From positions 310,001 through 374,000 of the forward strand of contig OW569365.1 of NCBI GenBank assembly GCA_937625935.1: a DNA stretch of 64,000 bases. The letters run 5' to 3'. Below, in pieces: positions 54,754-64,000 of the stretch; the stretch's first letter is position 1, and each line of letters starts with the position of its first letter. A program made the translations under genes and the position numbers. Under the pieces are notes generated by a model. That model had not been told where the DNA came from, searched no databases, and saw only the letters and a program-made list of their open reading frames with translations. The stretch is from Tetramitus jugosus (taxonomy: Eukaryota > Protista > Heterolobosea).

Positions 54754-56154
54754 TTATTTTTCCAACTTTTGATACAGTTCTGTTATTTGTCTCAACCTGT
54801 TCTGGGTGGTAAAGTGCGAGTAAACATCAGGTGCGTTGGTCTTCAGATCTTGTTCAATCTTTTCCTGTTGCTTCTTTGCATGGAAGAGCAACCAAGACAC
54901 CACATCATTCTTTGGTTCCTCTTCTGAAGTACTCTCATGTGCACCATTGCTCCACTCGGATAGCAAATCAGACAAGATTTGTGCTTGATTATCCCTTGTT
55001 TCCTTCTTTAGTTGACACAGTGCTTTGAAGTCTATGGCGCTTAACAACAGTGCTTTCACTCTCAATAAATCATCATCTTGGAATAACCGAGCAGCTCTAA
55101 AGTACTGTAGGAAACTCATCTCATACTCCTTCATCTTTACACTATTGAACTTTGCATATTCAAACATGACGAGCGCATCCTGTCGATCACAACTGTTCAT
55201 TGCAAGATCGAAATTTTGCTTGACGTATTGCATGAATTGACCAGCTTGTTGACCCTTGTACAGATCCTTTAGGAAAATGGCTCTCATGGACAATGCACGT
55301 GCATATTGATCATCAATTGAAAATGAATATTGAATGGAGTGTATGCACGGTTGGTGATCTCCCACTTGAATAGTTACACGTTCCCTATCATGGCTCTCAC
55401 TCTGTAGAGTCACTGAAATGGACTGAATGGTTTCCGAGATGGAGTTGAGTCGCAAAGGACAATCATCCACGACTAACAACTCTGCTTGTTGTTCTTGCTG
55501 CATTTCCTGTTGTTCCAATGATCGTATCAATGAACTCAATAATTTACAAGCTTCGTTAATATAGTCCATTTTGGCTTTAATCAACGTACTGTTGCTGCTC
55601 TGTGATGAAGTTGGCTGTTGCTGTGGTGAGTTGATTGACATTTGCTTACTTTGCTCCAATTGGAAACAGCATTGAGAATAGAGTACAATTTGATAGTTTG
55701 CCTTGAACAAGATCATGTCGACATCGTCTTGTGTCATGGAAGCTGCAGTCTCTTGTTGTTGTTGTTGTTGTTGTTGTTGTGAAGTGGTGGTAGATGTAGT
55801 GGGAGGAGTGATCCAACGAGTATGAAATTCCTTGTAATGTGTCATTAGCTTGTGCTGAATGGGCATAATGTGGTCCAAAACAAACCTAGTTCCATCATTC
55901 ATGACAAACGTTTGATTTTCAATATTGTTCAAGTGGATGCCACTCAACAAGGTAAAATGACTCAAGCACTGTACCATTTTCATGACCAAGAACTTTTTTT
56001 GCTCATTGTTGAGTGCTTGTTCTTGTTGTTGAGTACTGCCATGAGAGAAGAGTTGTTGACCGAATTGATCATTGAGTTGAGAGACGAATTGGAGTAGGGA
56101 TTGAGTGTAGGATATGATCTCTTGGAAGGAGAGTGGTGATGCTTCGATCTTCAT
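54754..56154 (-). CDS. Hypothetical helical (TPR-like), Gln-rich protein
   Basis: 466-aa ATG-initiated ORF with helical repeats (YARALSMRA, LVMFEYAKF, QYFRAARL) and a polyQ tract. Confidence 0.6.
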   Translation of the reverse strand: MKIEASPLSFQEIISYTQSLLQFVSQLNDQFGQQLFSHGSTQQQEQALNNEQKKFLVMKMVQCLSHFTLLSGIHLNNIENQTFVMNDGTRFVLDHIMPIQHKLMTHYKEFHTRWITPPTTSTTTSQQQQQQQQQETAASMTQDDVDMILFKANYQIVLYSQCCFQLEQSKQMSINSPQQQPTSSQSSNSTLIKAKMDYINEACKLLSSLIRSLEQQEMQQEQQAELLVVDDCPLRLNSISETIQSISVTLQSESHDRERVTIQVGDHQPCIHSIQYSFSIDDQYARALSMRAIFLKDLYKGQQAGQFMQYVKQNFDLAMNSCDRQDALVMFEYAKFNSVKMKEYEMSFLQYFRAARLFQDDDLLRVKALLLSAIDFKALCQLKKETRDNQAQILSDLLSEWSNGAHESTSEEEPKNDVVSWLLFHAKKQQEKIEQDLKTNAPDVYSHFTTQNRLRQITELYQKLEK

Positions 56155-56365
56155 GTCTTTGTTAGTATGTGTTGTACACTCGAGTGTGTGTTGTGGTGTT
56201 TTTTCTGATCTTCTTTGTTCTGACAGTGTGAGATCAGATGAAATGCAAAGTTCGTTCTTTTGAGCTTACTATTTTTAGATCTTGTTCCTACCAGTAGGAA
56301 TTTTATCTCAAGTTCAATGAAACTGGTGAAACGAATTCACACAAACAAAAAACAAGAATCATAAA

Positions 56366-59335
56366 ATGCAACGAATGAGACGACTGCGTATGGTAGCAAC
56401 GACCGGTCATGGTCGCCCAGTGTTACCACACCTAACTTCACTATCATCATCACTCATCCATTCCTCATCTCATCATTGCTCATCACTGTCTTTTGCCACA
56501 GTTAAAACAACTGCCAAGAAAAAGCTTCATGGGTCATCCTCTTCCGAAATCAAAGAGAAGACTCAACCGAAAATGGTTTCTTCATTTGCCAAATTAACAC
56601 AAAAACAACCGCAACAATCATCATCATCATCATCGTCATTGTCAAACAAAAAGGACGACAATGTTAAAAAATCAGCGACAACCAAAACCGCTCCATCATC
56701 ATCATTTCGTAAGGTTGAACAACAAAAAGTGGTAGCAGACAGCGACGAGAACAAAAAATCGACATTTAGACCCATTGACTCCAAGAATGCCTCTGTTTCA
56801 GCTGCATTCAACAAGAACTTTCAACCAAATTCAGACCTGTTTGAAAGAACAAGTAAGATGATGGAGACTTTGAAGGATCATGCCATTGTACCTAGTGAGA
56901 ATGAATCCATGGAAGAATGGCTTTCCAAGTTGACTGCCAATGATCCATCATTTGAAGACTTGTTGAGTGAACAACAATTGTCCGAGTGGAAATCGGTGAA
57001 TTATGAGGACATGAAAAAGAATTGGAGAGAGTATTTGATGAGAGCGGATAGGCAACAGGCACTGGTTCAGATTAGTATGACAATGGATGAGCTGTATTCG
57101 AGGTATCATGTCGATGATATTGAAATTCTGCATTTCAATGAAGATTCGTCCTATCATGCAATGTTGAACGACTTGAGAAACATTAGAAAGAAGTATAGAG
57201 ACATTGGAAAGAGAGTCAAGGGTATATTGAATGAGAGAAAATTGGCTCTTGTCCCTATTACAGAGGAAGAGAGGATTAAAGATGAAAAGTATGACGCAGC
57301 GTTTTTGAAGGATGGTCCTAATTTCATGTCAAAGGCATATTGGGATCGATATTATGAGCAACCTGATGAACAAAACTCACCAGAGTATGCTCAGTGGAAG
57401 GAACATATGAAAAAGGAGCATCATATCGATATAGACGAGGAAGAAAACATTGATCTGGAGGATGCAGTACGAGATTACGACGAAGTTCCAAAGAGTGAAG
57501 AAGAGTCCTTTATAAAGAAGAGAGCGAGAGCAAAGCTGCACTTGGAGGAGAGCACCGAAAAAACTTCTGACAAGGATTTGAAGTCCAGTGCTATTTTCAA
57601 GAAACTGTTGGCTGAGCTTCCGTATGAAGCAGAGCTCAACGAAGAAGATTTGGAGAAAATTTTGACACCAGAGGAACGCGAAACCTTGAAGAAGGAATAT
57701 GAGTTGGAGAGCGCGGGTTCGTTCGAGGATGTCATCAAAGAATTCGATAATAATTCGACTCTATACAGAGAGGATGATATCGATGTGGATACATATGAGG
57801 CAGTGGATCTCAACTCGTACAAGACGATACGATTACAAGAACTTGAAGAAAGAGAACGTGCAACAATGAATATAAGAAAGGAACATCGTCTGCAATATCC
57901 ACAATTCACAAGAGGTGATGTATTAGAGATACCTTCAGTTCTCAACTATAGAATCAATGAGCTGGTCAATGTAATGCCAAGAGCTTCACTAAGAAAAACA
58001 ATGGAGATGCTTTCAACTCGATATCGCTTGGCTATGCTTTCTCCAGGTGATGAGATTGTAACTGAAAACAAATCTCTTAAATCGAATCAATGGGACTACT
58101 TGAAGGAACTTAGGCAATCTGTTGAGAAAAACAAGCTAACAGAGCAACACTCTCAGTTCGGCAAGGGTAAAAAGTATCCGCAACGAGATCGACTACCGGG
58201 AACTGATGTGATGCTATCTCAAAAGGACTGTGTTGCATATCTTCCAGCCTTTCTACCTGGTCACTTTGCTGCGATCAGTCACATCTTAATGGAACTAAAG
58301 TATAGACTGCCTGACTTTTGGCCAACTAGATGGTTGGACTTTGGTGCTGGACCTGGTGTGGCTGTGTGGGCTATGATGAATGTGTTTAGAAGTATGGATT
58401 TTGATTTCAAGGATAAGGATGGTTCCAAAATGTCATTCAAGGACTTCAGGGAAAGTCTCTCTGAACTCTATGAAGACTCGGAGTCAATTGAAAAATCTGA
58501 GTTACTGCGTGATTCATTTGGTGTTGTTGTTGAACCTAACTCTGACATGTCATCCATCCTTGAAACTCTCTTGAAGAAAGTCAGTACGAAGGATCAATAT
58601 GACAACTTCCCAACAAGCGGAATTCAATACCTGAGATTTTTAACTACACCAATTGGAAAGACCTCTGAGGAGAAAATCAATTTGGCAGTTGCTGGCTGGA
58701 GTATGGGCGAGGTGGAAAAGAAGGGAGACAAACCGTTCTTCAATGCCATATCTAATATTATGGATTCACTAGCACCAGGAGGAATAGCTGTATTTGTTGA
58801 AGCTGGTAGTCCTACAGGTTTCCGGACGATATCTCGTATTCGATCGCTCATTGTTGAAAGTATGCGAGATTCCTCCGTGTTGATGCCCTGCTCTCACTCA
58901 ATGAAGTGTCCACTGTATGATCCTACAATCTTGAACAAGTATATCAAAACATTAGATCCGGCAGTGTTCAAAGCAAAGGTGAATCCAGAGATTAATGACA
59001 GTCCTCAATCATGGTGTCACTTCACTCAGCGGTTTAAGAGAATGCAGGTGATGAGATTTGGAGAAAGAAAGCATGCAGTCGGAACAGAGAAGTATTCCTA
59101 TCTCGTTGTACAAAAGTCCAGAACTGAAGATGTTGATCCAAAATGGTCTGCTCCAAGACTTATCAACGATACAATTAAGCGTGGCCAACATGTCATAGCA
59201 GATATGTGCACAAAGGAAGGTCGTATTCAGAGAACTACAATCCCCAAATCCATTGGTCGAGATGCCTATAGATTTGCGAGAAAGATGCAGTGGGGAGACT
59301 CTTGGTGGTGGTCCACCAAGAAGAACTCGGAGTAA
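56366..59335 (+). CDS. METTL17: Mitoribosome small-subunit assembly factor Rsm22/METTL17 with a long N-terminal extension
   Basis: Mitochondrial presequence, LDFGAGPG, VEAGSPTGF, PCSHSMKCP, WCHF, EKYSYLV, KRGQHVIADMCT and YRFARKMQWGD. Confidence 0.9.
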   Translation: MQRMRRLRMVATTGHGRPVLPHLTSLSSSLIHSSSHHCSSLSFATVKTTAKKKLHGSSSSEIKEKTQPKMVSSFAKLTQKQPQQSSSSSSSLSNKKDDNVKKSATTKTAPSSSFRKVEQQKVVADSDENKKSTFRPIDSKNASVSAAFNKNFQPNSDLFERTSKMMETLKDHAIVPSENESMEEWLSKLTANDPSFEDLLSEQQLSEWKSVNYEDMKKNWREYLMRADRQQALVQISMTMDELYSRYHVDDIEILHFNEDSSYHAMLNDLRNIRKKYRDIGKRVKGILNERKLALVPITEEERIKDEKYDAAFLKDGPNFMSKAYWDRYYEQPDEQNSPEYAQWKEHMKKEHHIDIDEEENIDLEDAVRDYDEVPKSEEESFIKKRARAKLHLEESTEKTSDKDLKSSAIFKKLLAELPYEAELNEEDLEKILTPEERETLKKEYELESAGSFEDVIKEFDNNSTLYREDDIDVDTYEAVDLNSYKTIRLQELEERERATMNIRKEHRLQYPQFTRGDVLEIPSVLNYRINELVNVMPRASLRKTMEMLSTRYRLAMLSPGDEIVTENKSLKSNQWDYLKELRQSVEKNKLTEQHSQFGKGKKYPQRDRLPGTDVMLSQKDCVAYLPAFLPGHFAAISHILMELKYRLPDFWPTRWLDFGAGPGVAVWAMMNVFRSMDFDFKDKDGSKMSFKDFRESLSELYEDSESIEKSELLRDSFGVVVEPNSDMSSILETLLKKVSTKDQYDNFPTSGIQYLRFLTTPIGKTSEEKINLAVAGWSMGEVEKKGDKPFFNAISNIMDSLAPGGIAVFVEAGSPTGFRTISRIRSLIVESMRDSSVLMPCSHSMKCPLYDPTILNKYIKTLDPAVFKAKVNPEINDSPQSWCHFTQRFKRMQVMRFGERKHAVGTEKYSYLVVQKSRTEDVDPKWSAPRLINDTIKRGQHVIADMCTKEGRIQRTTIPKSIGRDAYRFARKMQWGDSWWWSTKKNSE

Positions 59336-59430
59336 TAAAAACCGTTACGCGATGATTTCTCTACGAACAAATGAAATCTTGAGCTAAAGATCAAACAGCT
59401 GTTGGAAACAAAGTGATCAGAGTGAACAAC

Positions 59431-61385
59431 ATGATGAGCGACGACGAATATGGTATGTAGCTTAAGCTCTAACTTTTCGATAGTAACATCTTCTCAAACA
59501 TTTTTTCATCTCTGCAGTTGCTACAGTGAATAGCTTGCTGGAGGAGTGTGAAATCCAGAGGACAGTAAGATTTCTTTCAGACTGTTCTCCATCAATGTTT
59601 ATTGTGTTATATGAAGCTATTATTGGAGAGAGGGTATCCGGAATCAATAGAGATCCCACTAGATCATCTCATCACATTGAGAATATGAAGAAATTAATAC
59701 AACATATCTCAAAGAATCTGTTAAGTGAACGATCGAACCTCGAATTATCAGTCAATGCTGAGAAATTGTATAGAAGGAAGGACAAGCATAGTATACGAGT
59801 CATGATATCTTTGTTAAAGCAAATATGGGACGTAATCAAAGAAGACGAGGAATCGAGCAGCGATGACGAAGAAATAGAAGAAGATTGTAAAATTTCCAGT
59901 ACAATTAGCCAATCTTCTCGGGAAAGAAAGATTTCCGAGAGCAGTAAAGGAAGTGGATCGAGAGAGCCATCATCTGACTCGATAACAACAGTACTGCAGT
60001 ATCCCTCCTCGTCTATTCTCTCTTCCTCAGCGAGAAATCAAACCCCAGTCAACAATAGCTCGATGAATGAAACGGATGAAAAGTCAGATGATCCCACCAA
60101 AGATATATTGAAGAGAGCTCTGGAAAGTGCAGCTCAAAAGTTGTTAAACATCCCTACAAACAATGAAATGGAATCAAAAGACCAATCAAGCATTTTGAAC
60201 TTTGAATCTATGAGAAATATTCAACCCAAGGAAGAAAAAAGAGAAAGTGCCGCAACTGTAGAATCTGCAATGTCTACCTTTGTGGATGACGATGGATTAC
60301 AATTGAGTAGTATTGAGGGTTCTTTGAGAGACAAATCTTTTAAAGAGAGTCAAAATCCTGCCATGTCCTATCAACCTGTTGTAATAGACGATCTAAACGA
60401 AATTATGGATACTAAGCCCATAGCTCAATCCAAGTATTCAGAACATGAATTTAGTGCTGATGATCAAATTGTGTATCACAATGAAGAAGATCTCCTGTCT
60501 CAATCAGGCAGAGAGGATAATATTCTACCGAAAGAAGAACACTCAATACACAACGAACCATCAATCGAGAACCATTGGTATACAAAGGAAACATCCGACG
60601 ATGATCCGGAGTACCGCTCAGAACCAATCCCAAAAAGAAAGAAGCGACGTACAGCACCCAAGGTCTCAACACCCAAGAAAAGAATGACAGTGGAATACAC
60701 GAAACCTGTTACTCGTTTGTTTGATCCACCTAATCAAAAAGATCCAATTCCCAGCTCTGGAGTGAGAGTTGTGAAATCCGAGCTTGATCCGAATATTGCA
60801 CATTACGAGAAAGTGTACTATAACTATTTGAAAAGCTTTGTTGATAAGGTACTGTCTGATGATGTTCACTTCAATGAGGAACAACGACTTGTCCTCGGTA
60901 ACTCTGAGAAGAATCGTAAGATTGAAAACATTAAGTTTGCTCGATTCAAGCAAGAACAAGAAAGACTAATACTCTCCCAAATGATCGAACGGAGATCTAA
61001 AGAGGAAAAGTTTTTAAGAGAAGTGTTTTCGAAGGTCATGGGAGTAGAGAAGGAAGAGCTGATATACGAAAAAATGAGAAGGAAAGAAGATGAAATGAAC
61101 CTAGAGAGAAAGAATAAGATTAGATTGACAGACATTGAAAACTTCTATCGGGATCAAGTACAGATTCTGAAAGAACGAGTAGCTCAGGAGCAATTTGATC
61201 GGAAACTCTCCCAGAAAGCTCAAAAGGAAGCGACCCGAAGGATGTGGCGAGAAGTCCAAGAGAACAGAAAGAAAGAGTTGAACCTGCTTCGTTTAAAGTG
61301 GCAAAGTTTGGAGGAAAGGAAATATCACACCCAATTCAATAAGGAATTCATCGCCAAACAAGTCATGAAAAAGGTGGTCGCTTGA
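59431..61385 (+). CDS. CEP95: CEP95-like centrosomal coiled-coil protein; exons 59431-59452 and 59518-61385
   Basis: N-terminal NSLLEEC..LSDCSPSMFIVLYEAIIGE, and C-terminal IENFYRDQVQILKE. Intron 59453-59517. Confidence 0.7.
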
Positions 61386-61764
61386 AGAGCACTGTAAAGA
61401 CAGCCGAATAGCATCGTAAATGCGGACATTTTCTTCCTTCTGTTTCAAAATTACCCGTCGCAACTTCCAAGCTTGTTCCGGAGAACCCGTCTGTGTCGGT
61501 CGCGTGTTTCTATCTCGAAAACGAAGCACCAAAACAAAACAAATAAAAAAAACCGAACAACAACAAACCCGCAGTGTACATATCTTCATATATTTATATA
61601 TATATTCCATCTATATATCATAAATACTGTCTTGTACATACTACCCACCTTTCCCAACTCACCACCTCCACCCACTTGCAACAACAACCAAAAAAAGTAC
61701 CTTTTTTTTGGTGATTTTGTTGCTTGCCGCACCACTCTCTTTTAATTTATATCAAAAAACCGTC

Positions 61765-62727
61765 ATGTCCAAGCACTCAATCACCACAACCATCACCACC
61801 ACCACAACTGCCATTACTCTGCATGATGATAATAAGGATCAACAACAAATGGCGAAGACGAACATGATTGATTGTTCCGAAAACAGACAAACTACACATT
61901 TACTGAACCGCAAAAAACAAACACTTCACATGTGCAAGGGCATTTCATGCTCCTCTCTTCGCTTTCGGAGAAACTTTTCCAGCATGCTGTCGGAGTTAAT
62001 TTTGCCAGACTGGGATAGTGTTCAGTGCGAGATTATGCAGATACAGCGTGAGAGAACATGGAATCATCCAAGCAAGAATCACAAGCAATGGCAAGAAATT
62101 TTTGTAACCAACAATGTGAAGCGGATAGTTTTGGACTTTTCTCCGAGTGCGGATCGGAGTAATGAAAGCACTCCCAATAGCTCCCGCGTTGAACTACAGT
62201 ATGCCCCTGAGCAGATACCAATCCAATTTCTGACGATTCATGATGAGAGCAGCTACAACAACAAGGAACAACAACAAACAACAGCTAACGATGATAGTGC
62301 TCGTGTAAGTGGTGGTAACAACTGTAGTAGTGGTAGTGGAGATGATGCTAGGATATCTCCTTTGCGATTGCGAGATTGTCGTGAAAATAGTGATGACGAT
62401 GAGGATGACTCTCATGGTTCTATGCTCATGGAAGCATCCAGAACGAGGAGCAGCAGTAAGACGCATCTTATTTCAGCATCGATTCAAGGTGACGACGACA
62501 TGAGTTTCAAATCGTTTTATCATCATGTGGCACCGCAGCGATCACAGTCTTCAACATCATCACAACCACCAGTATCTAGTGGCACGAGTAGCTCTTCGAA
62601 ATCGGCTCTCACAGGTCTGAGTAAGCCAATGACCGATGAGAAGAAGAAGGTGTTTCAGTCAATGAGATGCCTCGCTCTGAAACAAATGCATAACAAGCAG
62701 AGGGAGCAAAGAGAACGGCAACAATAA
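61765..62727 (+). CDS. Hypothetical low-complexity protein
   Basis: Open frame from ATG 61765, Ser/Asp/Gln-rich. Confidence 0.5.
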   Translation: MSKHSITTTITTTTTAITLHDDNKDQQQMAKTNMIDCSENRQTTHLLNRKKQTLHMCKGISCSSLRFRRNFSSMLSELILPDWDSVQCEIMQIQRERTWNHPSKNHKQWQEIFVTNNVKRIVLDFSPSADRSNESTPNSSRVELQYAPEQIPIQFLTIHDESSYNNKEQQQTTANDDSARVSGGNNCSSGSGDDARISPLRLRDCRENSDDDEDDSHGSMLMEASRTRSSSKTHLISASIQGDDDMSFKSFYHHVAPQRSQSSTSSQPPVSSGTSSSSKSALTGLSKPMTDEKKKVFQSMRCLALKQMHNKQREQRERQQ

Positions 62728-62826
62728 AATGTCCTTGTGTCACGGCAAGACAACTTCTTTTTTCAATTGTATTGATCAGGAGGCAACTTGCGCTAAATCT
62801 CACACAGGAGAGTTCTATTTTCTATT

Positions 62827-64000
62827 TTATATTGGTTTGTAATCATAAGTGTGTTGATGCTGTGGCTGACTGCCACGATTAGTTGGACCAGCGTTTGCAC
62901 TGGCGGGAGGTAGTGGACCTCGGAGTCCTTGTCCAAAGGAAGGCAAGCGTGGAGATGGCGTACCATCAGAGCTTGTGGTGTCTGCCGGGCTGATGGTAAC
63001 CCGTGATTGGTATGACTCGACAACAGGAGGTAGCCTTTGATCAAACTGAGAATGGTGGGATGATGGCTGTGAAACAACGTGGTGATGTGGTGGTTGATGA
63101 GAATGATGGTGAGAGTGTTGATTGTCTCTAAGGTGATCCCGGTACGTAATCTCCATCACTGCGTAACCCCTACCAACAAAACCACTTGAAACACTGAGAC
63201 ACTCTGCAATGGCTCCTGTTTCTATATTCTCAAATGCTAAATGAGCAAGAATCTCAATTGTTTGTGCCTCTGGAGAACACCTGACATCGAACACTCGTTT
63301 CTCCAACTGGGAATCAGTCAGTGGAATGTACATTGGATGCATCAGATCCATCCATCGTTTCACCTTCACTCTAAAATCTGCTTTATGATAACCAAACATG
63401 TCTCTGAGAGCCTTATTCCAGAACAAGACACGAGCATCGAGTATAGAATAGACAATGAGACCAATGTCAGTTGAATCCAATATACTCTGAACGTATTGCT
63501 CATCTGTTGCAGCCTGATTTGTCGGCGGTATTCTAGAAGTAGAAGTCGTTGTAGTGCTCACTGTTGGATCACCACGACTTGTCATTGCCTGAGAATGAGG
63601 ATAATAAGAAGATGATGATGTGAGTGAAGCTGAGCTGGACAATAGAGAAGATGCAGGAGGCAACACGAATCGAGACTGTTGTCCCCCTGAATCATAACCA
63701 CTACCACTACCACTGCTATTCGTACGATCATGCATGCCACTACTACCACCACCGCTATGACCATGAGGAGCATGATTATCATTCATTGTCCTAGTTGGAA
63801 TACCACCACACGCACACGGACTACTATGCTTAAAATCAATCAACTTTTCTCTGACAAATGCTTGACATCGCAGTGCCAATCCACGCTTCACCCACACTGG
63901 ATCATATTGCATCGAATTCTGTGTGTCATACTGTTGAAGCACTGGCTCATATCTTTTGGGACACAAACGATCAAACAATGTCCAAAACACGCGACCGTCC
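62827..64000 (-). CDS. PAS-domain protein, 5' end beyond the window
   Basis: ILDSTDIGLIVYSILDARVLFWNKALRDMFGY..WMDLMHP. The frame is open to the window edge. Confidence 0.75.
   Translation of the reverse strand, partial: DGRVFWTLFDRLCPKRYEPVLQQYDTQNSMQYDPVWVKRGLALRCQAFVREKLIDFKHSSPCACGGIPTRTMNDNHAPHGHSGGGSSGMHDRTNSSGSGSGYDSGGQQSRFVLPPASSLLSSSASLTSSSSYYPHSQAMTSRGDPTVSTTTTSTSRIPPTNQAATDEQYVQSILDSTDIGLIVYSILDARVLFWNKALRDMFGYHKADFRVKVKRWMDLMHPMYIPLTDSQLEKRVFDVRCSPEAQTIEILAHLAFENIETGAIAECLSVSSGFVGRGYAVMEITYRDHLRDNQHSHHHSHQPPHHHVVSQPSSHHSQFDQRLPPVVESYQSRVTISPADTTSSDGTPSPRLPSFGQGLRGPLPPASANAGPTNRGSQPQHQHTYDYKPI

Overview
Gene-dense, intron-poor nuclear DNA from a eukaryotic microbe using the standard genetic code. 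It holds about 38 protein-coding loci, 13 short GT-AG introns that I could place by reading-frame restoration (60-160 nt, mostly GTATGT donors), and 3 tRNA genes (Cys with an intron, elongator Met, Pro). A stand-alone GspE N2-domain gene plus centriole/flagellum-type genes suggest a discobid, most likely a heterolobosean amoeba or amoeboflagellate; this is inference. The most striking structure is at 41.1-44.4 kb. Three non-LTR retroelement pieces are stacked about 45-70 bp upstream of tRNA-Pro, all with their 5' ends facing the tRNA. They are a decayed relic, an intact ORF1-only poly(A) element with a 15-bp target-site duplication (TSD), and a 5'-truncated RT/zinc-finger element with its own 16-bp TSD nested at the ORF1 element's 5' end. 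The two recent elements share a 3'-terminal motif and layout, which suggests a tRNA-targeted and possibly bipartite LINE system. Other notable items are an eEF1B-GEF/PP2C phosphatase fusion, a PIN/NYN nuclease-LRR protein, a triple Cache-like surface protein, a kexin pseudoprotease, a bacterial-type VIT/vWA/TPR/DUF2135 protein, a TrmB-like enzyme with a PEPW motif, a Ras without CAAX and an F-box/SPRY pseudogene. All family calls come from recognising motifs by eye; no database searches were run.
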